The notes: generated by a model from the letters alone, not told the origin. 64,000 nucleotides of DNA from Eledone cirrhosa (GCA_964016885.1 OZ024740.1:191332001-191396000), one strand, 5' to 3'. Counted from the first letter of the stretch, positions 27,941 through 42,517 are shown. Translations and numbers: made by a program.

Positions 27941-28029
27941 TATTTATACTCCACTTCTACAAACTGTAGAGTGCTACTTATCCGATATGTGCATTGTTTG
28001 ATTGTACTACAATAAAACACACCTCCTAC

Positions 28030-28099
<70 letters not shown>

Positions 28100-28102
28100 A
28101 TG

Positions 28103-28137
<35 letters not shown>

Positions 28138-28848
28138 ATCTGTGTGTGTAAGTGTTTGTGAGAATGTATGTGTGTGTGTTTGTATAATTATACGACAGAT
28201 GATAATCAAAAGAGGTTAGGTGAAACATAATTGAATAGAATACACTTGAGATTCTTGGAGACGTGTAACGGGAAATTTCATATTTCATTCATTGTTTGCA
28301 TACGATTCTTGTGATTTGCTGTACAAAAGGTAAGGTGTTAATTATTACTATAACATTAAAATCCCTAAGCTGAGGGGATTTACTTTCGAGAATAGGAAAT
28401 ATATAACTAAACAGCAGCAAAAACAGAATGCATCGATGAAGCACATTAATGATGTCCCCTTATACGGACAAATATCTAAAATCTTATTTTCCCATTAATT
28501 GGAATGATAAATTCTGTGGATATTCCTGACGAAAAATGTGATGTACCGTACAACATCAAACTTTTACACAGGGCATCTTGATTAGAATATCTATTATTAC
28601 CGTAATATAGATAAGAAATGTATAGAGTGCGTGTTATTCCCTGTAGAAATACATTGCTATGATATGAGACTGACGTCGTTAGTTTTAGAAAAGGATTTTT
28701 ACTATAATCTATAATAACACAAATGTTTCAGCTGAAACTCAAATGAATTAGCCTGATTTTCAGAATCGTTCTATTAGTCAAAACAATTATAACCTTGTAT
28801 CAAAAATACGTCTACTCTCGGGATAAGACAAATAGTTGATTCAGTGAT

Positions 28849-28915
<67 letters not shown>

Positions 28916-31290
28916 TGTGTGTGTGTGTGTGTGTATGTGTGTGTGTGTGTGTGTACGTGGATGTGTGTGTGTGTGTGTGTCTGTGTGCGTGTGTGTGTCT
29001 GTGTGTGTGTGTGTATGGGTATGTATGTAAAAGGTAAACAGAAATAACAACACGGTCGGTTGAGTATATGGAAGGAATATATTAGGTTAACGCTTGAAAT
29101 AGCGGGAAGAGCGTCTTAACATTTCGCACACTAGTCCTTCAAAAGAAGAAATAATGAGAAATTAGAAGTTACGATATGTTACGATATGGACTACGGTATA
29201 TTTACGTCTTCAGCTATCCAGATATTCAAGTCTTCCTGAGGTTTGGCAGAGGGTTAGCAATTGATCTGGAATAAAATATGTTCTTGCCCTCAACATGATT
29301 GTTGTACTTTTGAGAATGAAATGTGGCAACGTTATATATACACGATTGCCAGAAAAGATAAACCGAATTTGGAATGTTAGTGACATAAAAATGAGGGTGT
29401 TTAACATAATTTCATTCAAAATATTACGTAGATTGAATGTTACTAAAAATACAGAAAGCAAACTGTTTCAATTTATTGGTTTCCATTTCGTTTATTGTTT
29501 TTCTTTTCCCCACAAAAATAGCGTTTTAGGAATCTTATTAATACCTAAATATATAATTAGCTACTCGATAAACGTTACCAATAATACCGTTGTAATATAT
29601 ACATTTGACAGTTACACCGTAATATTTGCACAAGATTATGCAGTCACTGATTAGGATGATGTTTAGGAGAGTAAACTATTATGGTTCAGAGCGGATTGGC
29701 ATGTTAACAAAAGACATATCGTGTCTGATAATGACGTGTTCGAAACTATTGATTTTTTTATAGCAGATATCATATATAGATCACTGTGATTCCTTTACCG
29801 TCCTTAAAAGAATGAGAAATTTAAATCGAACTCGACACTCAGACATACATGCACCTTACCGATTTCGCCAATCCCCATCGTGATATACGTAATTAATATA
29901 TAAAGTGAATACATTGACATTTAAATATTATGAAAACTTCATCAAATAAGGTCACGTCGGGAAACGTCAATCAGGGCAGTATAGAACCTACTGCAAAATG
30001 AATCACAAGAAAATGAACTTCAAACTAAGCACGTTTATATGACATGGTCTAACAAATACCATTAAAATCAACGTCATGTTTTGACTGGAAGTTTGAGGAC
30101 AATACAACCACCAATAACGTCTATGGGTGAAAATAGTGCTCTAAATGTGATTAATAAGAAAGAGGTGGAATATAATTATTTAGTTGAAATTTGAAAAGTG
30201 ATTCTATCTTGGCATCTGTCATAATCAAGATACGATGTGTTCTAGATTTTACTTGTAAATATTGAAGTTAAAAATTGCTGTAGCGATCATCTTAAAACAA
30301 TAAAGTCTGGCAATATTATTTTTCTTGACCCAAACTTGAAATTACTAATAACATTTGTTAACGAACATGTATATGTGTATGTGCGCTAAGATTACACATT
30401 TATGAACACACTATATAAAAGTGCCACATTTGAAAATATAGATACTGTCAGATTCACAAGCAGCTATCATGCTTTGCAAATGTGAACATTACAAAATAAG
30501 TAGAGATTGCTGTATGGGGATATACTGTCTTATTATTAGAGCATTTCATACACTAGCAAATACGTGATACTGTTCCCGAGATGAGAGGGGATTTTATGTG
30601 CTGCAATTGTGATTGAATGTGGAACCATTCGGTTGCGCAGCTAGAGTTTCTAGTCTGTGGATGGTGATCATGAATAAACCAAATACATATTTGTGCGGTT
30701 TGATGGTTCATTGCCGAAATTAGAGATGAGTATTTCGTTGAAGCCTACATTTAGCGTTTTCGTCTCGAAAAATTCCATGGTATAATAGTTTTATTTTTGT
30801 TTTCTAATACATATACAAGTATAGATTGGTGTACATATGAAACACGCGACGTTTACGTTAGTGTACATCAATGGTTACCACAATGAACAATCTGAAAACA
30901 TTAAATAACAGCTACAACCAATCTCAGTATATTTACCGATATAACACATCAGATAAGAAAATGCCTATTATGCAATACACTCAATGATTACAGTGACACA
31001 CTTAAGTATATAGCTACATGGTCATTGGTAGGGTAGTGCTTTCATGACGGAAACATCATACAGCATAACACGATTTCATTGAGGGAATGAAAACGGCCGA
31101 TGATTCGATTAGCTGTAGAACGAAAAGTTATTCACATCATGCAGATAATGATAAATGATTGAGCAATTATTTCTTTAATATTGAATACACACTCACACAC
31201 AAATGCACACGTATACATATATATACATATTTATGCACATATATATATATATGAAATATAAGAATCAAAGAACTGTTCAAAACATTATTG

Positions 31291-31337
31291 TGCTTACAGC
31301 TGTTTCCTCCAAACCGAGGTTTGGATTCTTCGGAGCA
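31291..31337 (-). ncRNA. Minimal type-I hammerhead (CCGAAGA variant)
   Basis: Reverse complement of the 31515 copy. Confidence 0.65.
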
Positions 31338-31514
31338 ATTTATTAATGCATGGACAGTTATATGACCTCCTTTTCAGCCGAGAGACATACCAATACATAT
31401 TCAAACATTGATACATATTCAAACATTGTGGGTCAACATTCATTACAGAATTTAGAGTGGCAGTACACACTTCGAGATTACATTTATATTAATAGGTACA
31501 ATGCATTAATAAAT

Positions 31515-31561
31515 TGCTCCGAAGAATCCAAACCTCGGTTTGGAGGAAACAGCTGTAAGCA
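31515..31561 (+). ncRNA. Minimal type-I hammerhead (CCGAAGA variant)
   Basis: tgct-CCGAAGA-a tccaaacc tc ggtttgga g-GAAA-cagctg-UA-agca, with a palindromic stem III. Confidence 0.65.
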
Positions 31562-31761
31562 CAATAATGTTTTGAACAGTTCTTTGATTCTTATATTTCA
31601 TATAACTGCTCTGTAAATCATCTGATGTTTTTACATTGAGCTACTTAACTTACTGGTAATAAGGTAGTAATACATTACTGCCTACCACTATTTAGGGTGT
31701 GTGTAAAGTACTTACAACTGCTTAAGGTTTTGTGTTTACATAACCATAAATAGTATAACTA

Positions 31762-31831
<70 letters not shown>

Positions 31832-31914
31832 ATTCGGTAATACAAAATATTACCCTTTCTTATATATAATTGTTTATAGATTATATATATAATTATAAAT
31901 ACTATTATTATTAT

Positions 31915-31948
<34 letters not shown>

Positions 31949-32130
31949 CCATATATAAACAGAGAAACACTTAAGCGATACACTGACCAACTCCATCTCA
32001 CTCAACAAACATTAGGATATACCTAAGTATTTTCGCAATTTAGTGTTTGGAGTGCTAACTAATCAGTATTTCGTGGATAGCAGGTTGTATTATTTTATAT
32101 GAGGCATTGTTACATAAATATCTCTTTCCT

Positions 32131-32254
32131 TCCGGACGGCCGTTTCGTTATAAGATTTCTACAATTTTGGATAAATAATTTCCAGGTTGTGTAGAAACTT
32201 GTATATAATCCATAGTTTTATAGACAAGCGGGCTCTTATAAACTCATCAGTGGA
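32131..32254 (-). ncRNA. Minimal type-I hammerhead with a long stem-II insertion, in a solo pLTR-like fragment next to (TA)n
   Basis: tcca-CUGAUGA-gtttataaga ... tcttataac-GAAA-cggccg-UC-cgga. There is an internal tttctaca/tgtagaaa helix. The first pair of stem I is mismatched (A.C). Confidence 0.7.
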
Positions 32255-34009
32255 TGCCCAAATATTATCGATAGAAGAATTATATCGAGATTAATATGTT
32301 TGTACGAGTGTTTGTGTCTGTGTATATATAATTATTTGTTTTCGAATAAATCCCAATAAGACATGTACAGATTTAATTAAACAAATATTCGTATTTATCT
32401 TTCACTGATCAAGGAATTAATATGTTATTACTTTATTAGAGATGCTCTTACTGTTTACCGATTCTTGTTAAGTTGTTATTGCTATCATTAGAAGTATCTC
32501 ATTGATGGACCTTCTCTCATTCCAATGAAAATATAAAAACAAAAGATTAAAATATATATTTTAAAACGAAATTTAATAAATAATATTCAATACATGAATA
32601 AGGATACTTTCATGAAATACACGGACTCATTAACTTTAAACACTTTAGATTCAAACCAAATAAACAACCTATACAAGATAGAAAAAAATTGACAAAAATG
32701 TTAGTAGAATTTCCCGTAATACTTAATTTCCTTCGGAAAACAGACTATCGTTTGTAGGAGGGAATATAAGCGGCTCAAACAGTTGACATATTTTATAATG
32801 TAGTTATATTTTCATTATTCTTAAGAAATAAAATGTGATGATAGTCACATCCGAGAATCCTTTTAATCATTTATCATCCCAGCTGAGACGAATCACATTT
32901 TAACCCAAAATAATAACTGCCTAAAAAATAGCAATTCATGTATTAAATGCATATTCAAAGGACATAAAACAAATATAATGGCAATGGACTGAGAGGGATA
33001 TACGTCTCATAAATGGGAATGTGAACAAATATATTTCATAAACCTCAAACTTAATATGTTTTATTAATGTCATTATGATACAAAAACCGTTAACGGTGGT
33101 AGAATAACAAATTAAATATTTCGTAATATTTGATTATATATATATGTGTGCTAGATTAATTAACGTCAACGTAGTCAAAGAAATACAAACATTGATTCCG
33201 TATATATTTCAAAAGAATAATAATATACTGAGCATAAAAAAACGTCAAATACTTGAAGTATTTATATTAAAAGATATGCATCAATGGGTGATTAATTTTG
33301 TAAATTCCAAAGGGGAAATATCCAGTATATACAAGAAAGAAATACTGTCAATTGTTTCTCCTTTATATTAGCTAAGTACTGGGAGATTATTCAGTACAGC
33401 AAGGCGAGTCAGTCTTACTCAACAATTATACAGATCCTCTACTGCTTACATTAATTTCATTGGGCTATTAATTATAAATGACTATAAGCAGTAGCATAGT
33501 ACAAGCGTAAACGTTTTAACCAACCGACCTATTATCGTTTAAATGTGTAATTATGTTGGTGAACCAAGTTGTCTGAAAGTTACTGTGACCTTGAAGTTAT
33601 ACAAACAATCAATACACCACGAGCATTTCATATGAATTGTTCTTTAATTTGAAATTACATCTGATAATTGCTTGCTTATGGGCACTTTAGTAAAGCCACA
33701 TATGTTTCAGAAAATGTCAGGTTCCAACATTTTGTAAAACTATTTACAAAACAAGAGTAGTTTAAAATAACCAAACAGATGTATGAACTTTTACTAATAC
33801 AATTGTATATGTCATGAAGTGAAAATATAATGTTCTCAAAGCAAAGTCAACATTGTTGTATTTATATACAAAGGTTACATTCATGAGTAGTTATGATCAT
33901 CCCCACAAGGCATTTCTTTATTATATACCTTAAACAGGTTAAAACATATTTATATTCAATATTAATATAAGTACAAGGCAAACTTATGATATAATATTTC
34001 TTTTTTATT

Positions 34010-34140
34010 TAGGCAAAAGGCCAGTAATTATCCCAGTTAATTATCGGCACTTTATTTTATCGACACCGTAAGGATGAAAGGCAAATTCACCACGGAGGGA
34101 TTTGAACTGAGACCATAAAGGAGCATAACTCTATGCTGAA
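34010..34140 (-). mobile_element. Diverged, truncated SINE copy
   Basis: ttttatcgacaccgtaaggatgaaaggcaaa...gggatttgaact. Confidence 0.75.
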
Positions 34141-34658
34141 AATCATAATATGTTGAAGATACTTATTGGATTATTTTAATCTATTCATTTCTAAATTTCA
34201 TATATATGATTAAATATAAGAAAAAGATAACTTGGCATTAAATATACTAGTTAATGATAACATCCAGTCATTAAAACGAAGGACGGGTTAAGTTGTTATT
34301 ATAATTCTAAATGTTAGAGTATTTTTAGCACTGTTTATACAAATCACGTACTCGCCTATATATAGGATTCTACTGTTTAGCACTTTCGACTATAAAATAT
34401 ATTTATATAATTAAATATAATTTTGAATTTTTTGGGTTTTCTTTTTTTTTTCGACTTCAGAATATTGTTGGAGGTATAAGCATATAATAGCATGTATTCA
34501 CAAGTTTAAATAAATAAACGTGTATGTATGTTATACATCATAGGGGTTCATATGAAATCATATACGATATTTTATGTAGAATACACACGCACAGAGACAC
34601 ATACACACACATAGAGACACACACACATACACACTCATATACATGTATTAAGAAGTGC

Positions 34659-34703
<45 letters not shown>

Positions 34704-35559
34704 CATAATTATATATATATATAAATATATGGTAGAAAGGAAAATGATGTGTTCAGTAGAAGATGCTGAAGAGATTCTTTCAGTGTAATATCGAAACATT
34801 AATTTATTTACAGAGTGGATATTTCCGCATTTAATATACAGGTTTCCACATTATATGCATTGTCAATTGCGGATATGCATAATATTGTTAAATTACATAT
34901 ATATACAAATGATAATACTAATAATAATAAAAAGGCGAAGAAAAATTAATTTTCACATACATATTCAGAGAGGAAAATTCATTTCTCTGTTGTGTCTGCC
35001 CTTCTTTCTCCGTTAATAATTTGGGTTGACTTCTTGTAGTTGGGGAGAATGAGGAGGAGAGGGTAGAAGCAGAAGGAGGAGGCAGAGGATAGATTTGGTG
35101 GCAGAATGTTGTGAATGTCCCTTTCAAGAATGGCTGCAAGGTTGGTTGATCTTAGAGTTGACCGGGTGACAGTGGGGGGGGGGGGTATTATTGCTAAAAA
35201 TACCTATCTTGGTATTCTATCTTAGAAGAAATCATCGACATTGACCTTGTTTTTTTGCCACAAAGAAGATTCAGATTTACTGAAATACTAATCCCATCCC
35301 TAAGAGAAATTTCCAGATTCAGGCGAATATACATATGTATATATATATATATATATATGTGAAAAAATGGGGAGAAGAATACTGCAGGTTGCACATGGAT
35401 AACATGTTATAAAATGAGTCCCTCATCAGTGATTTGCCAACGATCATAGATATTTCATTGCATTAAAAATCATATACCTCACGTTGTTGCAATAATAACT
35501 AAATTAAGTTATTAGGACAATTAAAACGCGTAAAGCGAGTGAGACAAGTAAACAACAAA

Positions 35560-38070
35560 GAGATATATATACATTATATATATTTGTTTTGCGAGGTTTT
35601 TTATATGAAATACTGTATCGAAACAAATACTGTTATACATGAGGAGGGTGATATTGTTGTAATAATATTGCCAGAATTAATTACAGAACACACTCACTGT
35701 TTGGTTGGTTTTCCCTTCTGTATATTTTATATCAATTAATTTATTCGGTCCTCAATATTTACCATTGTCTGACCAGCGGTCAAACATATAGATATAATAT
35801 AGACATAAACACATATATATAGTCTAACAAAGTTCTTTCGTTGCACATCTGCAACATCGTCAGTGGTGCTATTATGTTTCCTCCTATTGTATGTTATGTC
35901 TACGCGATCTTTATTTAATATGCTTATTTATATATTTATTAATTTTTGTCTTCTTCTCTGCGCATGCGTTTGCGTGTGCGTATAGTGTTTGATGAGTGTT
36001 CGCGTTTGGGTGACTGTGTGTTGGTTATTGTATTCTATCATGGTTTACTAGTGTGTGTTTATATGTGTTTTTTGTTATTGTGCTTGTGTATATATTTATT
36101 TAATTATTATATTTCTCTTAGGTCAGTATTGTTTGTTTGGGTGTTGTTGTTACTTCATTAATTTTTGTCAGTTTAGCTTTGGTCTTCTAAGTTCTATTTC
36201 ACTGGCCTCTCTGATTTGTCTATCTGCTGGGTCATTTCTATGTTTAGATATTATTTTAATTTCTATGTTGTCTATGTTGTTACCGTCATGTTCTTGTCTG
36301 GCGTGTTTGTATAGTACTGAATCGTTTTTTCTTCGTTTTAGTTCCCCACAGTGTTGGTCTATCCTTTCATCTATGCTACGAGCCGTCAAGCCTATGTATG
36401 TTGTTGTCATGTTTCTGCAAGTACCTTCTGTACATCTTATGCTATAGACTACGTTTCTAGTTTTACAGTTTATCCGGGGGTTTACTTTACATATAATACA
36501 TTTCCTATTAAAAGAGTATGTTTTGCTGATCAGAGATTTTATGGTGGTTCCTGGCTTTTCTGCCACCTTAATATTTAAGTGGGTCTTTCTATTGGCCTTT
36601 CTACACTGGTTAGCTAATTTCTCTCCAGGGGTAGCGTCCACGAACATGGCACTCTGGTATCTCTGGTAGTCGTAACATGAGCAGGTGGCTTTGGCTATCT
36701 TATGGTTAGTCCTATCAAGGTATTCCATGATTTTCTCCTGAATAATGGGCTAATTCCTTTCATGTCCAGTTCTATGAGGGTCTTATACTTATCCGTGGCA
36801 CCTTCGTATACTCTGATTCTGTCTCTCTGGTTGTAGCCAGAGAACTGCAGGCGGTTGTGAAGTGTTGGATGTGTCTTTCCCATTTCTGTTGGGTCGCACA
36901 TGCGGGACACGTTTTTCATAACTCGTACCAAGTCTGGGATCAGAATATTAAACTTAGCACTACTGGATATTGCTGAGTTTTTGAGTATCAGAGATTTGGA
37001 GGCCATGGATTTAGCGTAGTCTGAGTGGAGAATCTGCGCTCTCTCGTCTATAGTGTTAATCCAGAGTTCCGTGTCTAATACAGGAAGTCTATTGTTAGGG
37101 TGTTTGGAAGGGTAGTGGATAGTTAAAGTTATACTCTCGTGTATGGAATTAGCTATCTGCTGGATGATTTCCATTGTGCTACATTCTAAATCATAATTGT
37201 TAGCACTCTCTTGTGGGGATGACCTTATTACTATATTAATGTCATCTACGTAACGAGAGTACATGATGAGGTCTATGGAGCTCCCATCAAGGAGATCTTT
37301 GAGTCTCCTTTCCCACCATACCAGGATGGCAACGTCAACAGCTATGCTGACGCCCATGGCTGCTCCCTCATTTTGGGTGTAGATCTTCTCGTTGAATTTG
37401 AATATGTGGCCCTTTAGGGTAGTTTAATACTAGCCTTTATTGCATGTGCGACCATTTTCCTTACCTGATCATTGTTTTGGGGGTCCGTGTGGCATTGGTT
37501 ACCCAATCCACCTTCCCCTGGGAGTCTTCTTTGCCATTAAGGTTATAGTAGGGGTCTACCTCTTGTGGGTCTATTGGGGCAGAAACGGTGAAGGTCATGG
37601 CTGTCTAGGTAGTCAGTGTCATGGGTAAGTCTAAGCAGGAGGCCCAGTTCGTCTGTGTCAACGTCGCATAACTTCACCTCACTGATCATCTCCACACATT
37701 CTTCCACAGTTTACTGTTAATGGATGGATATAGTGAGAGCACGTCCATACTGCCTATTATGAAATTGGATAGGTTTTTGTTGCACTCACTGATTCTGGTG
37801 AGGAGGTCCTCTGTACTGTCACATACATCTTGATTATGGGGCGTATAACCATTGAGAGGAAGTAGGGGATCCTGTAGTTGCTAACAATATTGGCTCCCCA
37901 TATAGGTTTTGTTGGTGGTCCTGTTGTCGGGTCGTCGACTGTCTTATGGCCTTTGCGGAGCACATACAAGGGTGGTATGTCATTGTTTAACGCCTGGAAG
38001 TTGTTGGCAGTGTGTCTGCTTGGCTTTAGGTTGTCGGTCCGCATCAACATGTGAGTGTTGAGGATCTTCT
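35560..38070 (-). mobile_element. Penelope-like element family A, second 5'-truncated copy
   Basis: Colinear with 3140-6890. Motifs PPLYVLRKGHK..PPTKPI, YSRYVDDI, LPVLD and VVYSIRC..YIGLTARS; frameshifted. Confidence 0.9.
35828..35865 (-). ncRNA. Minimal hammerhead motif in PLE-A 3' UTR
   Basis: Same sequence as the 4914-4951 motif. Confidence 0.55.
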
Positions 38071-38277
38071 AGGCAGAGACGGATAGCAAATGAATGGGTA
38101 GTATCCTTAATTCATGTCATCTAAAAATATAAGTATTGTACATTTTGTGTTTGGAGATACAGACATGTGTGACTCTAGTGCCTGACAGAATGTTCGGCTG
38201 CTTTTTCTAGCACATTTTCGGACAATATGGAGATGAATTTGAATCAAAAAGATAGGAACAGCTGTTTACTTCACACC

Positions 38278-38326
<49 letters not shown>

Positions 38327-40658
38327 TTGGCACTCCTGGTCTATCTGCATATGTACTGAAAATGTAACCCCATACTTTAAACATTATGTTATTTATCATT
38401 GATTGGGCCATATATGTTAATCGGTTTTTCATTAAGCAAAAAATATTACCATTATCATACAAATAAAGGTTCCTAGCCAGAATCCAGTCTGGCACAATAA
38501 CTTATGGAATAAGATGAAATGGACATTAAGGGTATATGTAAATAATAAACATTTTGTAGATATAGATATAGAAATCCAAGGGAAGGTTAATAATTTTTAA
38601 ATATGTGGTACAGTAAAATATGTGACAAAAGTGGGTAGCTTGGCGACTAATTAAAATATTGACGGATTACATTATCTGTCATTTGTGCATTGGGACTGTT
38701 TGAACAATTTTTTTTAAATATTTTACTGTATTATGTGTGTGTGTGTATTTGACCCACGTCGTTAGTATACAGTATTTTATTTTTCAGATGTTTCTTTATT
38801 GCAAGAGTTCCCCGCTTTCTAATCAAATGATATTCAGTAAAACAAATTATGAAGTTTTTATGAGATCTCAGAATATTTGATTTATTGATGAATTTTACAG
38901 TATTTTCAACTCTTAGTTCAGAGTTAACTGTACCTAGATAGGTTAGGTGACAGGAAACCTAATCATCTACTAATAAAAAGTGGAATGTTTTAAATCATTT
39001 TGTCAACAATTTGAGGGCGTGCTACATGGTTACATTTAACCAACAATAAACCCTACCCACCCAAGAAAAGTTAACTTAAGTTAGCAAAAGTCACTACTGT
39101 ACGTAATTAACATAATAGAAAAAATATAATTTTATTTTGCAGGATTGCATAAATCTTCCCATGTAGATAATGATAGAATGAGTGGATGGATTTTTGTAAA
39201 TCCTTGAATATACTCTTGATTCGTCCTAAAGGAAAGACATCGATTTTCTTCTTAATTAGTTTACATAAATATTCGCAACGAAGCAGTTGCTTTAAGCTTG
39301 ACATATTTTCTAATGTTCACTAGTCAACCCCCAAACAAGTATGCTCTGCTTATGTCATGGTTTTTGTTATTTAGTAGATGTAACTTGAGAGAGTTTTAGC
39401 TGCTAATATATCCGATCATGCTAACTTATGATTTAAGAGCGTAATAGATATACAGAGTCAAGTTTAATGAAGGAAGTGTAGGAAAATAAGACTAATTATA
39501 GTTTGGTAGCAGGTGATGAATTGACTAATTTATAGAAATAAAAACAATTTGTAGAAATATATAGGACAGAGTATAAATTAATGTACCAATAGTTTCCGTA
39601 ATGATATTTTACATTATGAAGTAATCAATTAATAATTTGATCTGCTATAATAATGGCCTACTCCATAAGGATCCATTTATATTATCAAACATGGCATAGC
39701 AAATATTAAAATTGAATAAAAACGAATTTGTCTATGATTAAATGTCTCCGAACGTAATACCACGAGAATATTCAATGACCTGAAGTTAAAAAATAATTGC
39801 GACAGCACGAACATTACTAGTTACGGCAGCAATTATAACACGATTGCCATTTCCGTGTTGCCTGGGAAATTCATGGCTGAAACACTTTTCACGAAACTAA
39901 ACCATTAAATATTCTTGTAAATATACACAGTTATTTTAACTCTTTCGCTATTGCAATGCATACTCACATTGCTATTGTCTAACATGCACAAATACTCGCA
40001 CACATGCATGCACATTTATAAATAGGTATGCATATATATATATGGGGGGGGGGGGTTACAGTAAGAGGCAAAATAAAGGGTTTAGTATACGTATAAGTGA
40101 ACAGAAATCAATGAAAACAAACATTGATATGTATATACAATGAAAAATAATACGAAACAACTGTATTTTGTTCTTTTGTATCTTACTTTTTACGTTTTGT
40201 ATTTAACGTGATGTTTTGACATATTGATCAAACTACTTGATATTAAGCAGCTTACGGCTTTATATTTTTATATGTTTGAAGATTAACACAACAATGAGGA
40301 ATCAGAAGCAATGTTTGCTGTAGTATTCTGTGATTAATTTGCATGTAAAAATGCAGTGAATGAATTCAGTTCTTATACAAAGACAAGTTGGGATCACATG
40401 TTGATGAACTGCTAAACGCAGATTTCATTATCTGCAGTTTTCTGTGTGAAAGAATCAGACGGTAGTGTCTACGGGAACAATGTACACTCATTTATAAAGA
40501 ATACCTGTAATAATGGGTTGATGGTAACAACTAAAACACAATCTACATGACGGTTGTCATTTCATCTGTCTAATAAATCTTATTATAAATGGTATGAATA
40601 TCCGTAATCAAACTTATTGTTTGGGATCTCCGTTACATATATATATATATATATATAT

Positions 40659-41226
40659 ATATAGGTGCAGAACATAATGTGCTTATACGTGGATGTTCAC
40701 GTCTGCAGATTACTCCAGTTAAAAGTTGGTGATTAGGAGTGACATAATCTGGATTCACAGCATGATGTTAATACATGACGAGTGACATATCCCCATGATT
40801 GCAAAACTGCACCCATGACTCTATAGGCACCTCCTGAAGTGACATGCATAACCATGTTACCGAAATATATATTATGAAATAAGGCAATTATGCTGAAGTA
40901 ACACCATATTAATTATATGTAATTGATATATATGTATAGTAATGTGTGTATGTATATATCAATTACATGTAATTAAGATGGTGTTACTTCAGCATAATTG
41001 CCTTATTTCATAATATATATTTCGGTAACATGGTTATGCATGTCACTTCAGGTGGTGGCTATAGAGTCATGAGTGCACTTTTGCAATCATGGGGACATGC
41101 CACTCCTCATGTATTAACATCATGCTGTGAATCCAGATTATGTCACTCCTAATAACCAACTTTTAGCTGTAATAATCTGCAGACGTGAACATCCACGCAT
41201 AACCACATTATGTTCTGCACCTATAT
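40659..41226. repeat. Fold-back element, ~280-bp diverged arms with almost no spacer, TA-flanked
   Basis: ataggtgcagaacataatg... pairs with ...cattatgttctgcacctat, centred near 40942. The arms contain an HHR-like ctgaag-tgacatg..catgttacc-gaaa-tatata-tt. Confidence 0.8.
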
Positions 41227-41243
41227 ACCTATATATAAATATG

Positions 41244-41286
<43 letters not shown>

Positions 41287-41370
41287 CTGTGTATAATGGT
41301 AGCTATGCTGCTTCCATAGGCGTTATGCCAAAATTAACACAAAATAATGATACAGAACAGAGTGTGGATA

Positions 41371-41655
41371 GTATAAAAAACGAAAAAATCAGTGATGCAT
41401 CTGGACTCAGTTTGTTGCGTGTTACTATTGTTTCACCGGCAAATAGCTCGGGATATGATCAATGTATGGATCTGGCTGATTCTGAGTGAGACAATTTGCT
41501 CCGAACGAACTGCCCGAGTCCGAAGGAACCTGCACCCGTAGAATCAGCCAGATCTATATAGTGATCATGTCCCGAGCTACCTGCCTGCGAAACAATTGTA
41601 AAACGCAATAAACTGAGTCCGGATGCATCACTGTTTTTTTTTCGTTTTGTTATAC
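41371..41655. repeat. Fold-back element, ~115-bp arms
   Basis: cagtgatgcatctggactcagttt...ggctgattct pairs with agaatcagcc...aaactgagtccggatgcatcactg. The right arm has an HHR 3' half, gcGAAAcaattgUA, followed by aataaa. Confidence 0.75.
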
Positions 41656-41799
41656 TATATAAAGTCCAGAATTAGCCGTCGAAACGGATTGGGCTCAGCC
41701 GTCGGGGTACTACTTGTTCCTATTACCCACTCTACTACCTTAAGTATTGAATACTTTGGTGCGTTATGGTCCATCTGGTTCCTTTCGACATTTCCTTCG

Positions 41800-41893
<94 letters not shown>

Positions 41894-42023
41894 CTTAGTT
41901 AAGCAAAACAAGACCACAAATTTCACAAGGAGGACATTATTAAAATATTGTCAGCATAGTTTTAGTTTAATGTAAGGAATGTAGAGAATAATATTAATGA
42001 TAATATTGATAATAATAATGTCC

Positions 42024-42142
42024 GTTTACAATTGTTTCGCTACTCCATATAATGTTTCTGGTTCAAATGATTATAGATCATTATTGATCTGGTTCTGTTG
42101 AACATAATTAAATTAGGTACAATTAGTGCAGCTCATCTGAAC
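42024..42142 (-). ncRNA. Minimal hammerhead with ~85-nt stem-II insertion (CAGAUGA variant)
   Basis: gtt-CAGAUGA-gctgc ... gtagc-GAAA-caattg-UA-aac. Confidence 0.55.
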
Positions 42143-42517
42143 TTGAAAAGGAATATAAATTCAAATAAAGAAAGAATGTTACATGAAAGTAATGTTCCAT
42201 ATATTGGTATTTCACTATGGTTTCCTGGGTATATCTATTGTCTACCATAGTCGAGCTGTATTCTTCTGTCGAGGCTGTATTGTGTCAGATCTGCTTATGG
42301 GTAACAAGATGGCCGCCAATGGACATATTTACCTTACTAATTAGAGGGGGGTTTCAGGGGAAGTAATTCCTCGAGAAATTATAAATTGTGGGTAGTTTAT
42401 TGTTAAGAAGTGCTAATTTTTTAATTGAGAGCCAATGTAAGGGAGGTAACTTATAATTATTTAAGTTAGCTATAACTATTTAACTTATTAGCTATAAGTA
42501 AAAATGAGGGTAGATGA

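Larger units (their letters stand above)
31248..31604. mobile_element. Fold-back mini-element with ~104-bp perfect inverted arms, each containing a hammerhead
   Basis: 31248-31351 is the reverse complement of 31501-31604. TA repeats lie on the left and at 31765. Confidence 0.85.

Noticed and set aside
34764-34812. CUGAAGA...GAAAC hammerhead-like string; weaker ones near 29110-29145, 35420 and 38230-38265
   Set aside because: Stems I and III or the cleavage triplet cannot be formed; at most these are decayed relics.
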